From Eledone cirrhosa (taxonomy: Eukaryota): DNA of 64,000 bases. The position numbers were made by a program, and so were the translations under genes. This document shows, one piece after another, positions 58,713-64,000 of the stretch. Position 1 is the stretch's first letter, and the number at the start of each line of letters is the position of its first letter. Under the pieces are notes generated by a model. It ran no database searches, had not been told where the DNA came from, and saw only the letters and a program-made list of their open reading frames with translations. Location of the stretch: contig OZ024752.1 in the NCBI GenBank assembly GCA_964016885.1, positions 43,462,001-43,526,000 of the forward strand. Reading direction: 5' to 3'.

Positions 58713-59225
58713 CTAAATTGCTATTTCCACTGTCAATCCATTGTTTATCGCTGTAAAAGTCAACATAAGTTGCACTCCCTTATTAAAGTTTCTCAGAATC
58801 ATTGAGAAACAACTTGTTGCACCATTGTTTAAAGCATTGATTGCTTTTGAACAAGTCAAACCATGTTCTTGTATAAACTCCACATTACAATACTCAATAT
58901 TTTTATATTCAGCTTTTGCTTTAGTTTTCTCATATATTACATTTTTCACTATCAATAAGTCACTTTTATTTCTATATCAATACATACTTCACAACACTTC
59001 TGTATCACCAATGATACTTTACAGACTGGAGAGAAAAATGACAATCTCATCATACATGTAATACATATGTTAGCTATGTTTATCTGTGGCAGTGTGTTGT
59101 CACCTTCTTTTCCCTTATTGCCAATCTCCCCATTACAATGATGTAGGAGACAAAAAACAATTATCTTTCCTGCTTTTAGCAATAAATCCAAATTCTTTGA
59201 TCCATTCACAGTTAAATTTGTATGT
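58713..59225 (-). pseudogene. Possible decayed hAT-type transposase N-terminus
   Basis: Frame-broken FNCEWIKEFGFIAKSRK...FCLLHHC..EIGNKGK...HTATDKH resembles a BED-like zinc finger, followed by KAE...FIQEHGL. Confidence 0.4.
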
Positions 59226-59396
59226 ATCCAGTTTAGAATAGGTACACCATATTCTTGCATGTTGTATGAAATGATTAAAAGGTTTGACACTAGGACATCC
59301 AGACACTAAACATGAGTATTGTTCTGAAGATCACAAGGCTAACCTCTACTTTAACAGAGAAAATAACCTTATAATATTTGCTGTATTCATGTTTAA

Positions 59397-59581
59397 CCCT
59401 TTAGCATTTACATTACATTATATTTTCATGGTAAAGGCTTTATCTCACATATCAAATCGATGAGATTTTGATAATATTTATTTCGAGAACAATACCTTAA
59501 CATCTGTATGAGCAACCAGTTACATCCAGTTTGAACAGAAGACAATATTGGTCAGATATGGACGGTTTAAATACTAAAGGG
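59397..59581 (-). mobile_element. piggyBac MITE family A
   Basis: TTAA flanks and TIRs. Confidence 0.9.
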
Positions 59582-59730
59582 TTAATGTTTCTAAAACTAT
59601 ATCATATTTCAATAGTATAATATATCAATGCAGCAAAATTCTAATACTTGTATTTTAAAAGGATTTTATGAATTTACATAAGATTATCACCATTTTTAGT
59701 ATATCTGGGTTGAGTTTTTTTAATCAGATG

Positions 59731-59761
<31 letters not shown>

Positions 59762-60599
59762 AGGACAAATTAGCATGCAGCTTGAGTTGTGGTCAAATAG
59801 AAGATGGAATGCTCAAAATCTGGACAGATTAGCAGAAGAATAAGAGCATCCAACGAAAGGATTTGTATTTATTCTGGTTGATTGCATTGAGAATACCTTC
59901 TTCCCTCCCATCACCCTGCTACAAGTGTTGAAGACCATTGAAAAGAGTCATGGACCTTGCCCTACCTCCTGAGTAAGTGATAAAAAAAACTGGGTCAGAT
60001 GTTAAAGCATAGGACCTGAGGCTCACCAAAACAACCACAGAAACTAGATATGGGACGTATTTTTTTTACATCATATGGTATTTTCTGTTAAATCTTTTAT
60101 AGAGTCACTCAACAGAACAAAAAGCATTTTAAGGTCATTTTCCCTGTTACAGCAGTAGATTTCATACTCGTCATGGAGTTGCTTTTGAGGAAATGTTTTG
60201 CAGCCGGATACTCTTCCTAACAACAACCCTTTTGGTCACTTACAACATGCAGAGATATGGCATAACTATTCCAAAGTAGATACACAATCTAAACCAGACT
60301 ATATTTTTACAAAGTATTTTGCATCATCTTTCAGTACAGAAGTAAATTTTTCTTCTCTTCCTCTCCCTATCAATCTGGAAGAAATTGGCTGTGGTCAAAC
60401 CTTGAGAAGGATGAGTGTTACTAGGTTTAAAACACACCACAGACATCATAGGGTTAAAACACACCACATTTGACATATATCATGGCAGTACCATTAACAG
60501 TTATAAAACTGGTGATAAATCTATCTTCAACATCTTTATTTTTTCTATTTCATTTCATTAAAAAAAAAAAAAAAGTTCAATTTATCAACTATTATGAAC

Positions 60600-60634
<35 letters not shown>

Positions 60635-60659
60635 TTATATATATATATATATATATATA

Positions 60660-61112
60660 TCATTATTGTTGTTTTTACATCTGTTTTTCCACGAGTTAGA
60701 TGAGTCTTCCCCAGTATTTCTTTCTTTCGTCATCTACTTTATGACATTCATTATGTTGAGATCAGCTTTTATCATCTCTGTCAAGGTCTTCATTCCATTG
60801 AGAACTCCTAGAACTCTTGCATTGATATGGATATTACATATCCATACCAATGCAATCCTTTCTCCTGTCCACAACATTAGACATCACTTATTCTCAACTC
60901 ATCTGTGCTTCATTGTTCATAATAACATTACCAAAGGGACCATACTTAATTCATTTCTTTCTAGCTTTTATATATATCCTCTACATTTAGTGCACATGTC
61001 TCACCATCATGCAGCATTGCACTATATACACAGGATTCATACACTACCCTTCTCTCAGAGAGAGAATTCCTTGGTTACTAACAAAGGTTGGAACTCCCTG
61101 AACCTTTTCCAA
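60660..61112 (-). mobile_element. Decayed RTE 3' fragment
   Basis: Antisense WKRFRE..PLL and 3' tail GGAAAAACAGATGTAAAA. Confidence 0.6.
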
Positions 61113-61387
61113 ATGCTACACACACACACACATCCATAAACAATGACAATGTGTATGTATATATAAAATGACAAGCAACAGCTAGGAGTTTGTCTTTTTA
61201 AATAACAGAAACTGACTTTCCACTGTAATGTGCTTTATCCCTCCAAAGTCAAGGACATTTTTAAGCTAAGAAAAATATATCTTGTAAATATAATGAATTA
61301 GGTTTACCAACCAATAAATTTAATTCAACTAGAAGTATTTTATTCCATTTTTATATCTCTCAAATCATTTCATTATTACTTTGAAGG

Positions 61388-61565
61388 GCGGGTGATTGGC
61401 AGTATCGCTAGAGGGTCGGACGCCATGCTTTACGGCCCTTGCCATTCCGAGTTCAAATCCTGCCGAGGTTAACTTTGCCTTTCATCCTTACAGGGTCGAT
61501 AAAATAAAGTACCAGTAATGCACTGGGATAATTGCTGGCCGTGTGCGTATAGTAGAAACAATTAT
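61388..61565 (+). mobile_element. tRNA-derived SINE, second family
   Basis: A/B boxes (TGGCAGTATCG, GAGTTCAAATCC), body AACTTTGCCTTTCATCC...GGTCGATAAAATAAAGTACCAGT, tail AGAAACAATTATT. Confidence 0.85.
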
Positions 61566-61764
61566 TTCTTTGAAGTCGTATTTCTTGTTCTTAACTCACT
61601 GAAACAAGTTTTGAGGTGACAGTAGAAAATGACATAATTTAGTGGTGTGAATACAAAATTGTTTCCAGGATTTGTGCAAAGATTGCGAATGTGTGCCATC
61701 GAAGGAGGCAAGAATAACAGAACTAGGTTAAATATTATAAATATTTAGATAATATTAAATATTT

Positions 61765-63498
61765 AGATAATCTATAGAGGTATAAAGCTGATGGACCAGG
61801 TCATGAAAGTAACAGAGAGTTATAGCACAGTTGATTAGGGACCGGGTGAAACTAGATGAGATGCAATTTGGGTTTGTACCAGGAAGAGGCACCACTGATG
61901 CCCTCTTCCTTGTGAGGCAGTTACAGGAAAAGTACCTAGCTAAAAGTAAGCCACACTACCTGGCATTCGTCGATCTCGAGAAAGCCTTTGACAGAGTTCC
62001 ACGTGCTGCAATCTGGTGGGCTCTTAGAAAACTAAGAGTAGATGAATGGCTTGTGAAAGCTGTACAAGCCATGTATAAGGGAGCACTCAGCAAAGTTAGG
62101 ATTAGCAATGAGTATAGCGAGGAATTTAGCGTACAGGTTGGGGGTCCACCAGGGCTCTGTTCTTAGCCCTCTCCTGTTCATCATAGTCCTGCAGGCAATA
62201 ACGGAGGAGTTTAAGACCGGATGCCCATGGGAACTCCTGTATGCTGATGACCTCGCACTTATAGCTGAATCTATAGAACTAGAGAAGAAATTCCAAACTT
62301 GGAAGCAGGGACTAGAAAGAAAGGGTCTCAAAGTCAACATGACAAACACTAAGGTCCTTGTAAGTAGACGAGAAAACAGAATCCAGGTCCCCTCAGGGAA
62401 ATGGCCTTGCTCAGTATGTAGGAAAGGTGTAGGTAGGAACTCGATTCTCTGCCCCAAATGCAAACAATGGGTACACGTGAGATGTAGCGGGATCTCAGGA
62501 AGCTTATTTAAGAATGTAGGCTTCACATGCAGCAGCTGTGCTGGGACAGCAAGCAGCCACAGGAAACAAGTACCACCAATCTCTGGGAGGGCTCTCTAGA
62601 AACAGTAGACAGCTTCTGCTACCTAGGTGACTGAATTAGCAGCGGAGGTGGGTGTTCAGAAAGTACAATAACTAAGGTAAGAACGGGATGGAAGAAGTTC
62701 AGGGAACTACTGCCACTGCTAGCTGCAAAAGGCTTCTCCCTCAAAATGAAAGGCAAACTGTATGATGCGTGTATCCGAACAGCAATGTTACATGGTAGTG
62801 AGACCTGGGCGCTGAAGGTGGAAGACTTACGTAGATTAGAAAGAAACGAAGCCTGCATGCTCCGATGGATGTGTAATAGTAATATACGCGAACGACAAAG
62901 CATAAATGAATTGTGAGAGAGAGACTGAGCATAAGAGGAATCAAATGCTGTGTGCAGGAGAGGCGGTTGCGTTGGTATGGACATGTGATGCGTATGAAAG
63001 ATGACAGCTACATAAAAAGGTGCAGAGCACTAGAAGTCAATGGAAACCGCGGAGTGGAGAGACCCAAGAAGACCTGGGATGAGGTGATAAAAGCCGACTT
63101 TACCCAATTACACCTCTCAAAGGCGATGACACACGACCGTGACCTCTGGCGTCACGCAGTAATAGAGAGTACCCGACCTCCCATGGGTACAAGCTGAAGC
63201 ATATAGACAATATGCCCCCACACCCTCCCACTGCAAGGTGGTCGTGGAGGTGCCACGGCAAAAAAAGCACCCAGCCCACACTGTAAAGTGGACGTGTAGG
63301 CACCACGGAAAAAGCACCCAGCACTCACTGTAAATGAGGTTGGTGTTAGAAAGGGCATCCAGCTGTAGAAATCAAGCCAAAATCAGTTCCTGTATGAGCA
63401 AGGCATGATCAGCCGACCAAACACTGCCCACAACAGGACAACCCGTCTAACCCATGCTAGCATGGAAGAACAGACGTAAAACGGTGATGATGATGATG
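61765..63498 (+). mobile_element. 5'-truncated RTE-clade LINE (subfamily 1) with PHD finger and long structured 3' UTR
   Basis: [62 protein letters not shown]; (GAT)n tail; a few frameshifts and stops. Confidence 0.95.
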
Positions 63499-63542
63499 GT
63501 AAATATAAATATTAACAGAAAGAAATGTGAATCAATGAAATA

Positions 63543-63582
<40 letters not shown>

Positions 63583-63876
63583 TTCAAGGTAAACTCTGTA
63601 TTTCACTGTTTAGTAAAGAGAATCAGAGCTTCCTGAATGATAAAACTGGGGAGCAAAGGCATGTGAAGGAGTTTAATATGGTTACTGTTAAATGTTTGAA
63701 GGAGAAACTCTTCAACAAAACTCAACAACACTTGTACTAACATTTCATGCACAAATATTTAATATTTTCTAACACAAAGAAATTTAAAACCATCCCCCAC
63801 TCACACAAATAAGTATGAGAGTGTATGTGAGTGCATCAATATGTGGTGGTTCTACTAAGTCACTAATGAAGCTTAA

Positions 63877-64000
63877 CCCTTTAGCATTTAAACCAGCCAT
63901 ATCCAGCCAGAATTCTCTCACCTCTTTCTGTTCAAACCAGCTGTAACTCGCCACTCATACCAATATTAAGGTATTGTTCTCAAAATAAATAACATCAAAA
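63877..64000 (+). mobile_element. piggyBac MITE family A, cut by the window end
   Basis: TTAA-CCCTTTAGCATTTAAACC and family body. Confidence 0.88.

Overview
AT-rich animal genomic DNA with spliceosomal GT-AG introns, (TA)n microsatellites and dense repeats. The SINE and RTE repertoire suggests an octopus-like cephalopod, which is an inference. Three genes can be assembled by hand: a complete exportin-T gene (XPOT, minus strand, 26 coding exons, 2806-39994, 962 aa); a complete ribosomal protein L18a gene (RPL18A, plus strand, 5 exons, 41050-44778, 176 aa) about 1 kb head-to-head with XPOT; and the last 8 coding exons of ACAD9 (minus strand, 46027-54955). The introns hold a near-intact 2.55-kb piggyBac with one 2-bp frameshift, an internally deleted sister copy, about 16 derived MITEs, a second TTAA MITE family, three non-autonomous Helitrons, a Helitron-derived minisatellite, many RTE LINE fragments encoding a PHD finger, a CR1 fragment nested in an RTE, tRNA-derived SINEs and decayed mariner/hAT pieces. 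The best candidates for something new are (1) a tandem pseudoknot plus CUGUAAA-loop hairpin RNA module shared by an RTE 3' UTR and a SINE, (2) a Penelope-type minimal hammerhead relic, and (3) an ATCTCG-N6-CGAGAT palindrome shared by the piggyBac/MITE left end and the XPOT/RPL18A promoter. Most short ORFs in the track are spurious. No prokaryotic-type system is present.
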